Virus record (IMG/VR): IMGVR_UViG_3300025133_000067
Length of the DNA: 20,000 nucleotides
Reading direction: 5' to 3' (one strand)
DNA from: an uncultured virus (IMG/VR IMGVR_UViG_3300025133_000067)
Lineage: Duplodnaviria; Heunggongvirae; Uroviricota; Caudoviricetes
This document shows positions 7,590 through 16,065 of the stretch, piece by piece. How positions within the stretch are numbered: position 1 is the first letter of the stretch; each line of letters begins with the position of its first letter. The notes beneath the pieces were generated by a model. It did no database searches. It worked only from the letters and a program-made list of their open reading frames with translations, and was not told the DNA's origin. The position numbers and the translations under genes are program-made.

Positions 7590-7612
7590 AAAACCAGATT
7601 ATTAGTCTGGTT
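7590..7612 (-). terminator. Possible hairpin/terminator separating the head-protein block from the modification cluster
   Basis: Inverted repeat AACCAGA (7592-7598) / TCTGGTT (7606-7612) with a 7-nt loop. Only a short U tract on the minus strand. Confidence 0.35.
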
Positions 7613-7630
7613 CTTTAAGGTTTATATAAT

Positions 7631-8140
7631 TTAATTTATTGTTGTAAGTTTATTTCCATTCTTTTTTATAATAAGATTATCGCTCTTCATCATGGCAGCT
7701 AAAGCTCTACCAAAGTCTTTCCTTGCGACATCAGTTGAATGTAAATAACTCCATTCTTTTGCGTGTTTAGTTGCCCAATCGAATCTCCAAATTCTAGAAA
7801 GTTCTATATACATTTTAGTTCCATCTTCTCTTGGCCCTAAAGCGTCTTGTAATTTCTTTTTAATTTTACCTCTATTCTTATATGCCCACTTCTTAAAATC
7901 TAAATAAGCAAACTCATTTGGAGTATCTTGAAAGAAAGGTCTACCTTCATTTACAAATTCTTTTAAGGATTTAATTTTAACTTTCTTTTTCTTCTTCTTT
8001 TTCTTACGACCAGCTGGAACATCACCAGAACCTATTTCAGCAGAATTTGGAGCCGGTACAGATACTGCACCCATTCCTCCTATATCTCCTAATGATAAAT
8101 TCTCATCTATAAAATCTTTATATGTTTTGAAATCAGACAT
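7631..8140 (-). CDS. Probable internal head protein (169 aa) with leader motifs and a poly-Lys patch
   Basis: N-terminal 'FKTYKDFIDE', internal 'IKSLKEFVNE', a Gly-rich segment (GGMG...GSGD) and RKKKKKKKK. Confidence 0.7.
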   Translation of the reverse strand: MSDFKTYKDFIDENLSLGDIGGMGAVSVPAPNSAEIGSGDVPAGRKKKKKKKKVKIKSLKEFVNEGRPFFQDTPNEFAYLDFKKWAYKNRGKIKKKLQDALGPREDGTKMYIELSRIWRFDWATKHAKEWSYLHSTDVARKDFGRALAAMMKSDNLIIKKNGNKLTTIN

Positions 8141-10074
8141 TATTTACTTATAAATGACGCAAATGATTCGTTAACTTTTATACCATTAAGAATTCTTTGT
8201 CCAAATTTTGAAAGGGAAATTCCATCTTCAGATACATTAAACATTTTACCGTTTCTTTTCATCCATCTTTTATGGTCTGAACTTAATTCTTTAACTAATG
8301 AATCAAATTCATCTTGAGTTATTTTACCATCTTTAATAGCTTCTAGTATTTTATTACGAATTCTTGCAGCCTTACCTACACTTTCAGCTGGATGATTTTC
8401 AGTATATTTTCTCTTAGTTTGAATCTTTCTTTCAGTTAATACATTTTCAAAGGCTGAACCAACTTCCTTTCCATTAAGAACATCTTTACATGCTTTGTTA
8501 AATGACTTTAGCCAACCTGTAGCATCTTTAGCATAACCATCTTGTATATTCTCAATTGCCATATTTAGATGACTTGCTATATTTCCAGCAGATTCATCAT
8601 CTATTCTATCAAATTTATCAGATAAATCTAGTAATGCATCTTCACCATCTTTTTTAGTAATAGTCGAACCTATTTTTAATAATGGTTTAAGACCTCTTGC
8701 TAACGCTTCAGTTATTTCTACAGATTCAGGTAGCCATTCTTTAGGTAATTTAAAGTTTTTTGGCAACTCATCTAAATCTTTGAAGTCTGCTCCAGTAAAA
8801 TTCCAATCCTTTGAACCTTGAAGTGAAGTAGATACTGCAATTTCATCATCATTACGCCAATCATAAGCTCTAACGCCTGGATGAATTTTTACTGGTCCTA
8901 ATTTCTTATGTATATGTGTTGGTTCTTCATGCATTAGAAACGGGTTAATAAACGAAGATTTATGTTTCTTTGAAATCTCTTTAATTGTTTTTATAATATC
9001 TTTCTTCGTTACCTTTTCATTTATTTTACTATAAGCTGATAATACTTCAGAAAAACTCTCCATTGCAGCTTGTGCTAGCTTTTTCATATCTCTTGATTTA
9101 AGACCATAGCTTTGTAAAACATCTTCATCACCGTACTCATTAAAGAATTGTTCCATTTCTTTCCAGCCTTCTTGATTTACTATTTCATAATATCTTTCCA
9201 TAGCTTCAGGGTCTTCTGGAAGCCATTCATCCATTTTATTTAATGCAACATCAATCTTATTTTCATTAACTGCTTTCTTAATTACTGGGTAAATTTTACC
9301 ATTAAATTCAAACTCTTCTAATTCTTCTTCAATTGCTTTGGCTCTTGCTCCTAAAAAAGCATTACCTTCATATACATCGCCTTCTTTAAGTTCTCCTTCA
9401 GCATAATTAGTCATTAATCTTAAAGCATTGTGTATGTCTCTAACTAAATCTTCGCCTCCAGAATCTTTAGCATCTAAAATAAATTCTCTTAAGTCATCCA
9501 ACATAGCATCAGTTGAATCCCATTTTTTCTTGATATTAGATTTATAACCCTCATACATCATATCAAACATTTTATCTTGTGCTTTTTCTGGTAAATTACC
9601 ACCATGTTTTCCAACTAATTTCTGAGCTTTTCTAGCATTCTTAGCAAGTACTACAAAAAATCCTTTTTTATTTCCACCTTTCTTTTTAGCATGTTGAAAC
9701 GCTTGTATTTTTATAGTTGCTGGACCAGGATTTCCCTTTGGGTCAATTACAACATATTTATCATTTTCATTAACTGCTGATTCATTTATATGATTATAGA
9801 ATAATTCTCTATCTGATTTTTCTTGAATTATCAATTCTACGTTTCTATCTTTACCAGCAACTGAAGCATCTAATTCATCTACTAATGCGTGTTTCTTTGG
9901 AGTTAATTCTCTTAATTCATTCTTAATTTCTTCAACTCTTTCTTCTTCTGGTTTGCTATAAAATTCATCAGCAAGTTCTTTCATCTTAGAAGTCACACTA
10001 GCAAGTTCTTTAGATATTTTTGTAATTGAACGAGCCTCGTTAAGTTTGCGTTCTCCTATTTTATAATTTTTCAT
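8140..10074 (-). CDS. Large modular hypothetical protein (644 aa), putative protease-processed internal head polyprotein
   Basis: Recurrent [LIV]-[NT]-E sites (KLNE, HINE, AVNE x2, KINE, EITE, VLTE, KVNE) separate unrelated charged modules. C-terminal 'SFASFISK'. Confidence 0.7.
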   Translation of the reverse strand: MKNYKIGERKLNEARSITKISKELASVTSKMKELADEFYSKPEEERVEEIKNELRELTPKKHALVDELDASVAGKDRNVELIIQEKSDRELFYNHINESAVNENDKYVVIDPKGNPGPATIKIQAFQHAKKKGGNKKGFFVVLAKNARKAQKLVGKHGGNLPEKAQDKMFDMMYEGYKSNIKKKWDSTDAMLDDLREFILDAKDSGGEDLVRDIHNALRLMTNYAEGELKEGDVYEGNAFLGARAKAIEEELEEFEFNGKIYPVIKKAVNENKIDVALNKMDEWLPEDPEAMERYYEIVNQEGWKEMEQFFNEYGDEDVLQSYGLKSRDMKKLAQAAMESFSEVLSAYSKINEKVTKKDIIKTIKEISKKHKSSFINPFLMHEEPTHIHKKLGPVKIHPGVRAYDWRNDDEIAVSTSLQGSKDWNFTGADFKDLDELPKNFKLPKEWLPESVEITEALARGLKPLLKIGSTITKKDGEDALLDLSDKFDRIDDESAGNIASHLNMAIENIQDGYAKDATGWLKSFNKACKDVLNGKEVGSAFENVLTERKIQTKRKYTENHPAESVGKAARIRNKILEAIKDGKITQDEFDSLVKELSSDHKRWMKRNGKMFNVSEDGISLSKFGQRILNGIKVNESFASFISK

Positions 10075-10081
10075 AATTTTG

Positions 10082-10106
10082 TATTTATATTTCTTTATTA
10101 TATATT
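10082..10106 (-). promoter_or_regulatory. Possible late promoter(s): TATAAATA (10082-10089) and AATATATA (10099-10106)
   Basis: Exact T4 late consensus TATAAATA just upstream of the ATG at 10074. AATATATAA recurs at 12204-12212 and GATAAATA at 17726-17733, both upstream of genes. The AT-rich background lowers significance. Confidence 0.4.
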
Positions 10107-10932
10107 ATAATTTTACTATCGGCTTTACAGTTCCACTCGTAACCGTTTGTATTAGTATATCTTTCTTCTTTGGCTCGGTTACGCCTAATATTTCTCCTTT
10201 ATTCTTAGCATTGTTTTTAATCCAAATAAACGGATAATGGCTAAAATATTGAGAATATGCATTATTTTGGTATTGCTTTTCTATTTTAGCAAATTCTCTC
10301 TTAGTTTGTTTTGAATCTCTTAATGTTCTAATTTCAGTTATTTTAACCTCTGATAATTTTCCAGAAAACCCAAGTTCTTCCATGTATTTTTCTTTTAACT
10401 TCATAATATCTTGCATTGTATCTGCTACTGAAAAAGTACCTCCTGTCTTAAAGTTAAATACATAACCATTTGAAAAATCAACTGCTTTAATTTCGTATGA
10501 TTTTTTACCCACTCGTAAATCTCCACCTTGAGTACCACCAGCTAACACTGCATTATTTATTACATAATACATAGCTTTTTCACCAGGACCTAGTGGTCCT
10601 TCTTTAGGGTGAATATTATTATCATAAGCACTAGAATTTAACTTTCTAAATTCTTTAATAATATTATTATACGCTTTCCAATCAGAACTAATATCATTAA
10701 CGTTATCAAATTTAGAAACATCAAATGATGGGAAATATCGTTTAGTAAATAGGTATCTAATTTCTTTTTTATGAAGTTCTGATTCATATTCTGAGAGAGG
10801 AATTGAAAATGAAGTACACTTCTCAGCGGCTGCAATAAATTCCATATCTAAGCCGTCCATATGTTCGTATACTAAATAACTTTTATTAAGTGCTCTTTCA
10901 AAAGCTACCATAATATTTCCTTTTCCTATCAT
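10105..10932 (-). CDS. Hypothetical protein with a PD-(D/E)xK nuclease-like core
   Basis: 'GPGE' helix, then 'GDL.V....YEIKA' (D...ExK). Confidence 0.5.
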   Translation of the reverse strand: MIGKGNIMVAFERALNKSYLVYEHMDGLDMEFIAAAEKCTSFSIPLSEYESELHKKEIRYLFTKRYFPSFDVSKFDNVNDISSDWKAYNNIIKEFRKLNSSAYDNNIHPKEGPLGPGEKAMYYVINNAVLAGGTQGGDLRVGKKSYEIKAVDFSNGYVFNFKTGGTFSVADTMQDIMKLKEKYMEELGFSGKLSEVKITEIRTLRDSKQTKREFAKIEKQYQNNAYSQYFSHYPFIWIKNNAKNKGEILGVTEPKKKDILIQTVTSGTVKPIVKL

Positions 10933-12197
10933 TACTTTATAAATTGTTTGAACGTTAACGTATCGTCTTCATTATCTTTATTTTCAGTTATAGATTCAGT
11001 ACCTTTAACTTTATTGTATATTACAAAATTATTATAGTCATAAACTGAATTTTCATCAGTACTTTCTACAAATATCTTTTCTTTAATTTTATCAACAATA
11101 ACATTTAGAACATTTACCATGTCTTCGCTTAATAAATCATTTGATTTGTTCTTTTTCTTTCTAAACGTACCTAATGTTATTTTGAATAATTCAGCTAATA
11201 GTTTATTTTCAATATATTTTAATGTTGTTTCATTATTTATAAATGCCTTATTGATTTCAAATAATTCATTCTTTGAAAATTCAGCGCCTCCAAAATCTAC
11301 TCCAATATATTTAGTAGCGTTCTTTGAGATATACTCGTTGAATATAACAGATATTGTTTCAATATATCTTTTATTTGCTGTTTCTTCAGTTAATTGTATT
11401 TTTGAAATATCATATGTTGACAAATACTCTAATAAGTCTAGTACGGTAATTTGATAAACATGATTAGAAGATTTTTCCTCATTTATTTTTCTATAAGGGT
11501 CTTCAATTTTATATGTGTTTACTTTATTATTATTAGCAAAAGATAAAACCAAAGAATCTATTTCTTTATCCAATGTATCATTTAATGCTGTCTTATATAT
11601 ATTCTTGTCGAATATACTATATGCAGCTCTAGTAAACGAAGTCTTATCTATAGATTCATACGCATATTTATTAAGTCTTTCTCCTAAAAGTCCTTTAAGA
11701 GCTGACCTTTGTCCAAAATCTAAATAACCGTCGAATATAATATTTGGTGCCTGAACCCCTAATACATTTGACCATTTGTTTAAGATGATAGGGTCTGTTA
11801 AGACTTTCTTTACCTTCCCTTCAGCATTTACCTCTTGTATATGTGTTAAGATTAGTGTGTTCGTTGGTATATTATCATATTTTATCTTTGAAAATTCTAA
11901 TGTTGGAAGATATTCAAAACCAAACTTCCAATCAGTTGGCATATCTAAAAGCGTGGCAGTATCTATATTTTTAATATATTTAATAGCTGTTTCATATAAT
12001 GAAGATAGTGTCCTATCGATAATTGTTATTGGTGTATTACTATTTGACTTAAAAAAATTTAATCCATCTATTTTCCTTTGAGCATGGAATGATGCTGAAG
12101 AAATCTTTTCAGATACTACCACTCTATGTTTTAATAACTTATCAAAGTCATTTCTATTTATAGAGCTGTATATTTCTTTTAATGTTTTAAGTGCCAT
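10932..12197 (-). CDS. Divergent RNA-ligase-like (covalent nucleotidyltransferase fold) protein, possibly degenerate
   Basis: 'VVSEKISSASF' at the motif I position (KxDG altered), 'FEY', 'LGVQAPNIIFDG' (cf. LGL..VP....G of Rnl2-like ligases) and 'IDSLVL...YKI' at the motif IV/V positions. Confidence 0.5.
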   Translation of the reverse strand: MALKTLKEIYSSINRNDFDKLLKHRVVVSEKISSASFHAQRKIDGLNFFKSNSNTPITIIDRTLSSLYETAIKYIKNIDTATLLDMPTDWKFGFEYLPTLEFSKIKYDNIPTNTLILTHIQEVNAEGKVKKVLTDPIILNKWSNVLGVQAPNIIFDGYLDFGQRSALKGLLGERLNKYAYESIDKTSFTRAAYSIFDKNIYKTALNDTLDKEIDSLVLSFANNNKVNTYKIEDPYRKINEEKSSNHVYQITVLDLLEYLSTYDISKIQLTEETANKRYIETISVIFNEYISKNATKYIGVDFGGAEFSKNELFEINKAFINNETTLKYIENKLLAELFKITLGTFRKKKNKSNDLLSEDMVNVLNVIVDKIKEKIFVESTDENSVYDYNNFVIYNKVKGTESITENKDNEDDTLTFKQFIK

Positions 12198-12203
12198 AGT
12201 ATG

Positions 12204-12212
12204 TTATATATT
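12204..12212 (-). promoter_or_regulatory. Possible late promoter AATATATAA
   Basis: Same 9-mer as at 10098-10106, 6 nt upstream of an ATG. Confidence 0.3.
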
Positions 12213-13095
12213 AAGATAATTCGTTTGGTAATGGTAATTTACTTGCTATAAGTTTATTTTTGAAATCTTCAATAATTTCTGATACTTTATCAGGAAACTT
12301 AAACGATGGAGATTCTAAAAGTGCCTTAAGATTTTCATAAGTCATAATATCTTTAGGACTATAATTTCCATCAAATAAAAGTTTTACAATATCTTCTGGT
12401 GTATTTGTAATTTCTTTATCAAATTCTTTTAATAGTTTTGCATTTTTAAGTAGACCTTTCTTACCTTCAAAACTCTTACGAACTTTGAAAACTCCTTTAT
12501 TTAATCTAATAACGTATGCCTCATATTCTGCAATTTCTCCTTTTTCAGTTCCTTTAGTAATTTCATAAAAAGATTTACCAATCATTGTCATCAATAAAAT
12601 ATTTCTATATGCTCCTTTATATTTTGATTCATCTTTAGTAAAATCTGGCGAATGATACATAAACTCTGACCATTTCAAATCTCTTGATAGCATAAAGTCA
12701 ATTTGACCAGTTCCATTCTTAAAGTCACCATCAATAGGTGCACCAATACTTATTTGTTTAAGACCAACATTCATAGCAGTTGAAAGACCTAAATGTTCTA
12801 AAGCATCATTAAATTTGAAAATGACATCATCTAAAGAGGCTCCTAATTCTCCAGCAATTTTATCTGCTGAAAGAGCCATATCAATATCTCCACTAGTAAC
12901 GCCTGATACTTTTTTACCAGCACTACCTAAAATAGCAGCATCATCACCAACTCCATTTATACCAAGAGATGGAAACACATTTTTCTCAATCCATTTAATA
13001 GTACCAGGAATCTCTTCCTGTTCAAATGGTCTAGAATCGCTAATAGCATTCCCAGACTCTAATATAAATTGTTCAAACGTTTTAATATGTTTCAT
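12211..13095 (-). CDS. Pol-beta-superfamily nucleotidyltransferase with an internal-protein-like leader
   Basis: hGS motif 'LGSAGKK', DxD in 'SGDIDMAL' and a third Asp in 'QIDFM'. N-terminus MKHIKTFEQFILE|SGNA. Confidence 0.75.
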   Translation of the reverse strand: MKHIKTFEQFILESGNAISDSRPFEQEEIPGTIKWIEKNVFPSLGINGVGDDAAILGSAGKKVSGVTSGDIDMALSADKIAGELGASLDDVIFKFNDALEHLGLSTAMNVGLKQISIGAPIDGDFKNGTGQIDFMLSRDLKWSEFMYHSPDFTKDESKYKGAYRNILLMTMIGKSFYEITKGTEKGEIAEYEAYVIRLNKGVFKVRKSFEGKKGLLKNAKLLKEFDKEITNTPEDIVKLLFDGNYSPKDIMTYENLKALLESPSFKFPDKVSEIIEDFKNKLIASKLPLPNELS

Positions 13096-13098
13096 ATT

Positions 13099-15480
13099 TT
13101 AGTATTCAAATGGTGGTGTTCCATAATCTTCTTTGTTTACTGCAGCCCATCCTTTGTTTATTTCATAGTACCAAAAATGAGGTGTTTCGATTAATTGGAA
13201 TTTACCTTTAGGTGTCTTAATATCTTTATATCCGCCTCTTGTAAAGAATTTAGTTACAGGTACTCCATCATCCCATTTCTTTTTTGTAAATTGAGCTTTT
13301 ACTGTTTTACCATCTCCAACTCCGTCAAAAATACCAGCAACTATACCTTCATCATTTAGTTCATTAGAAAATGTCAATATTGCATTTTCATTTAATTTAC
13401 TTTCAACTAATTTATGCAATTCCTTAACTATAGGGCCTGCATACGTGAATAGTTTTTCAACTTCTGGTCTTTTTTTGTAGTTGCTATCTTTTTTTAGTTT
13501 CTTAATTAAAGCTTGAAGGTCTTCTACAACATCTAATATTTCGGAATTCATATTACCTTCATTTAATTTGCCTTCAGTTAATTTGCTTTCTTTTACTGAT
13601 TCTAATTGTATTCTTTTCTTACTAATTACATCTTCAGCTTTATCGTAGTCTTTATAACTTTTGAAATAGAACATAACAACTCTACCTAACTTTTCGGTTT
13701 TATATGGAATTTTGGCTTTATCTAATTCTTTTTCTAAGTTATCTGCTGATATTTTATTAGCAGTTGATTTAACAATATGGTCGTCGAACCCATCACTATC
13801 TTTACCTTCATTTAATTTGCCTTCGAATAAATCATAAAATGTATCATATGCATCATCATAACCAATTAAGCCTACTAAAAAGTCAGCTAATTCTTTTTTA
13901 GGTCCTTCAAAGTTTATTTCACCTTGATGTCTGCCAATTTGTTTAACTTTCTTGTATTTTTTTAATAGTTTTGGAATACGTTTTTCTTCAGTCTTGTTAA
14001 GTTCTACATAAACATCTTCTAGTTTAGCTTCAGTTAATTTGCCTTCTTTAAGACCAAGTTTATCTAACGCTTTCCATACACTCCTTGCATTTCTGCTTGG
14101 AATATTACCGCTAATACTTCCACTTTTATTAACCCACATAGAATTTTTGCCTCTGTCATAATCAAAACGAATGGATAAATCACCTTCAAATTCTATGTTA
14201 GTCCAATCATATTCATTTTCAAGAGCAGCTTTAGCATCATCTAAAATATCTTCGTTTAATTTCCTTTCAAACTGTAATTCTCTATTTGTCATATGATAAT
14301 CATCCATATGTCTTGCAAATTTATCCAAGTTTAGCTTCTTCTTAGTCTTAAGATTCATCCAAGTAGTTTTAGTGATTCTTTCCCATACTTCTTTGAAAGC
14401 ATCTCTTGTGCCACCAAGTCTTATTTTTCTTCCTATAGGTTCTTCCATTGCAGTTCTTAATAGTACTTTGAAATTAGATGCTATTCCCTTTTTAGTTAAT
14501 TTGCCTTCAAAAACTCCTTCTTCTTCTAAATCTTCTTTAGAGTATTTTTCTGGATTACCTTTTTTAAGAAATATTGTTAATTCTTTTCCATCCCAATCCC
14601 AATCATCATAATCTAAACCAGATTTTCTAACCCAAGTTTCTATCTTTGATAATTCTTTTTGCTTTGATATTTCATTTAATTTGCCTTCTTTCATAAGAAC
14701 TTTTACTAAATCAGCTCTCATTTCTTTAGCATATTTTTCACCGATATCTTTTTTTAATGACCTATACCATGCAATTATATCCCTTTCTAAGTCTGTAGAG
14801 TTTGGGTACATTTTACTAAAGTTATATTTTGCTTCATTTGTTAATTCGCTTTCTAGCATAGGATATTTAGCCTCAACATCTTTTTTGAATTTCTTCCAAT
14901 TTGAGCCTCTTACGTAATCATGCGCTGCGGCCATAAAACTATCTAACGAAGTCCATGCTATATTTGCTAATGGATTTCCTTCAGACGTATAAGCTGCTAG
15001 CATATTCAATAATTCTCCAACAACTTCATGGTCCATTTGTGTAACGTTAGGTTCTGTTAATATACCCATTTTCTTAGCTTTATGATAATCTATTTTCTTT
15101 GGTATATCATATTTCCAAATATCATTATCTTGGTCATGACCACTTCTTTCACGGTCAGTAGCATCAAAATTATTCTTAATATTATTAACGTCTAAATTAG
15201 AATCAACTTTCTTTAATATCTTTTTAAGAGCATCTGTATTATCGGTTTTACCGTATTGAGATATGTATATCATACTAGCTGTTGAGTTGACTGCAGTTCC
15301 ACCACCATCTTCAGCCATTTTATGATATGCATCTATGCCTTCAAGTTTTTTAATTGCATCACCTATTACTCCTTCATATTCACGGGCATTTTCTAGACCT
15401 AAGTCGTATGATTTAGCTTCATTTAATTTGTTGATGCCATTTCTAATAGCTTCTCTTAATTTTTGTTCTGTTATTTTCAT
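13099..15480 (-). CDS. 793-aa modular protein, putative protease-cleaved polyprotein of about 9 small domains
   Basis: Linkers NKLNE, ESELTNE, EGKLNE, EGKLTK, ERKLNE, EGKLTE, EGKLNE, ESKLTEGKLNE and ESKLNE separate unrelated segments, mostly 50-95 aa. Confidence 0.75.
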   Translation of the reverse strand: MKITEQKLREAIRNGINKLNEAKSYDLGLENAREYEGVIGDAIKKLEGIDAYHKMAEDGGGTAVNSTASMIYISQYGKTDNTDALKKILKKVDSNLDVNNIKNNFDATDRERSGHDQDNDIWKYDIPKKIDYHKAKKMGILTEPNVTQMDHEVVGELLNMLAAYTSEGNPLANIAWTSLDSFMAAAHDYVRGSNWKKFKKDVEAKYPMLESELTNEAKYNFSKMYPNSTDLERDIIAWYRSLKKDIGEKYAKEMRADLVKVLMKEGKLNEISKQKELSKIETWVRKSGLDYDDWDWDGKELTIFLKKGNPEKYSKEDLEEEGVFEGKLTKKGIASNFKVLLRTAMEEPIGRKIRLGGTRDAFKEVWERITKTTWMNLKTKKKLNLDKFARHMDDYHMTNRELQFERKLNEDILDDAKAALENEYDWTNIEFEGDLSIRFDYDRGKNSMWVNKSGSISGNIPSRNARSVWKALDKLGLKEGKLTEAKLEDVYVELNKTEEKRIPKLLKKYKKVKQIGRHQGEINFEGPKKELADFLVGLIGYDDAYDTFYDLFEGKLNEGKDSDGFDDHIVKSTANKISADNLEKELDKAKIPYKTEKLGRVVMFYFKSYKDYDKAEDVISKKRIQLESVKESKLTEGKLNEGNMNSEILDVVEDLQALIKKLKKDSNYKKRPEVEKLFTYAGPIVKELHKLVESKLNENAILTFSNELNDEGIVAGIFDGVGDGKTVKAQFTKKKWDDGVPVTKFFTRGGYKDIKTPKGKFQLIETPHFWYYEINKGWAAVNKEDYGTPPFEY
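13387..14688 (-). repeat. Dispersed 18-bp repeat GAAGGCAAATTAA(AT/CT)GAA encoding the EGKL[NT]E linkers
   Basis: Identical copies at 13558-13575, 13807-13824 and 14671-14688. Variants at 14029-14046, 14491-14508, 13573-13590, 13387-13404 and 14251-14268. Confidence 0.8.
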
Positions 15481-16058
15481 GACATATGTTTTTGTAATTT
15501 ATTAAAATATTTATGAAGTTCTTTTGGCATCATGGATTCATATGTATCTTTGTCGCCATCTTTAATTGCTTGTCGAACTTTTGTACCGCTTGGTCCTCCT
15601 TCAGCTCTAGCGTCTACCATCTTCAATTCAAAATCTGGAGAAACTGGAGTATCTGTCTTTGGACCTTTTATATATTTGATTTGTGGTTCATAAGCTTTAA
15701 TTCTATCTGAACCAGCGCCGAATCCCATTGGTTCATATCCTTTATCTCTTAAATATCTAACAAATAAAGGAACAACAGTTTTACCATAAGAATTAGGGTA
15801 AATAAAATAATTTTCAATAAATGAATTATTTTTAATTAAATCAGCTCCCATCTTTTTTAATAAAGAATCTGGAAACGGTGAAGCTTCTCTCTTAGAAACT
15901 ATTTGAAGTGGAATAACAGGTAAACCAAACTCTTTTGAAGTCCTTTCCCATGCCGCTATATGACCATTATGAAATGGTTGAAAACGACCAGGAAAGAATA
16001 CTACTTTCTTACCTTCTGCTTCCCCAATAAATGCTTCAAATGTTTGTAAGTGTTTCAT
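15477..16058 (-). CDS. HIGH-motif nucleotidyltransferase (cytidylyltransferase/NMNAT-like) with an internal-protein-like leader
   Basis: 'FPGRFQPFHNGH', 'GSDR' and 'SGTKVRQAI'. The likely start is the ATG at 16058 (MKHLQTFEAFIGE), not the TTG at 16076. Confidence 0.85.
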   Translation of the reverse strand: MKHLQTFEAFIGEAEGKKVVFFPGRFQPFHNGHIAAWERTSKEFGLPVIPLQIVSKREASPFPDSLLKKMGADLIKNNSFIENYFIYPNSYGKTVVPLFVRYLRDKGYEPMGFGAGSDRIKAYEPQIKYIKGPKTDTPVSPDFELKMVDARAEGGPSGTKVRQAIKDGDKDTYESMMPKELHKYFNKLQKHMS

Positions 16059-16065
16059 TTCTTTT

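Noticed and set aside
7544..7591. N-terminal extension (MGGSRVKHF...) of the DUF6378-like ORF
   Set aside because: It uses a TTG start and runs across the promoter motif. The ATG at 7543 fits better.
10638..10835. 65-aa minus-strand ORF
   Set aside because: Nested out of frame within the 275-aa gene with no independent support.
13387..14688. 18-bp dispersed repeats as a CRISPR or attC-type array
   Set aside because: Spacing is irregular and mostly 170-250 bp, the repeats are not palindromic, all are in frame in one ORF, and no cas or integrase gene is in the window.
15477..16058. Firm call as nadM/nadR or coaD
   Set aside because: The HIGH motif is shared across the superfamily, and no NAD-salvage partner (e.g. 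nicotinamide phosphoribosyltransferase) is in the window, so the substrate cannot be assigned.
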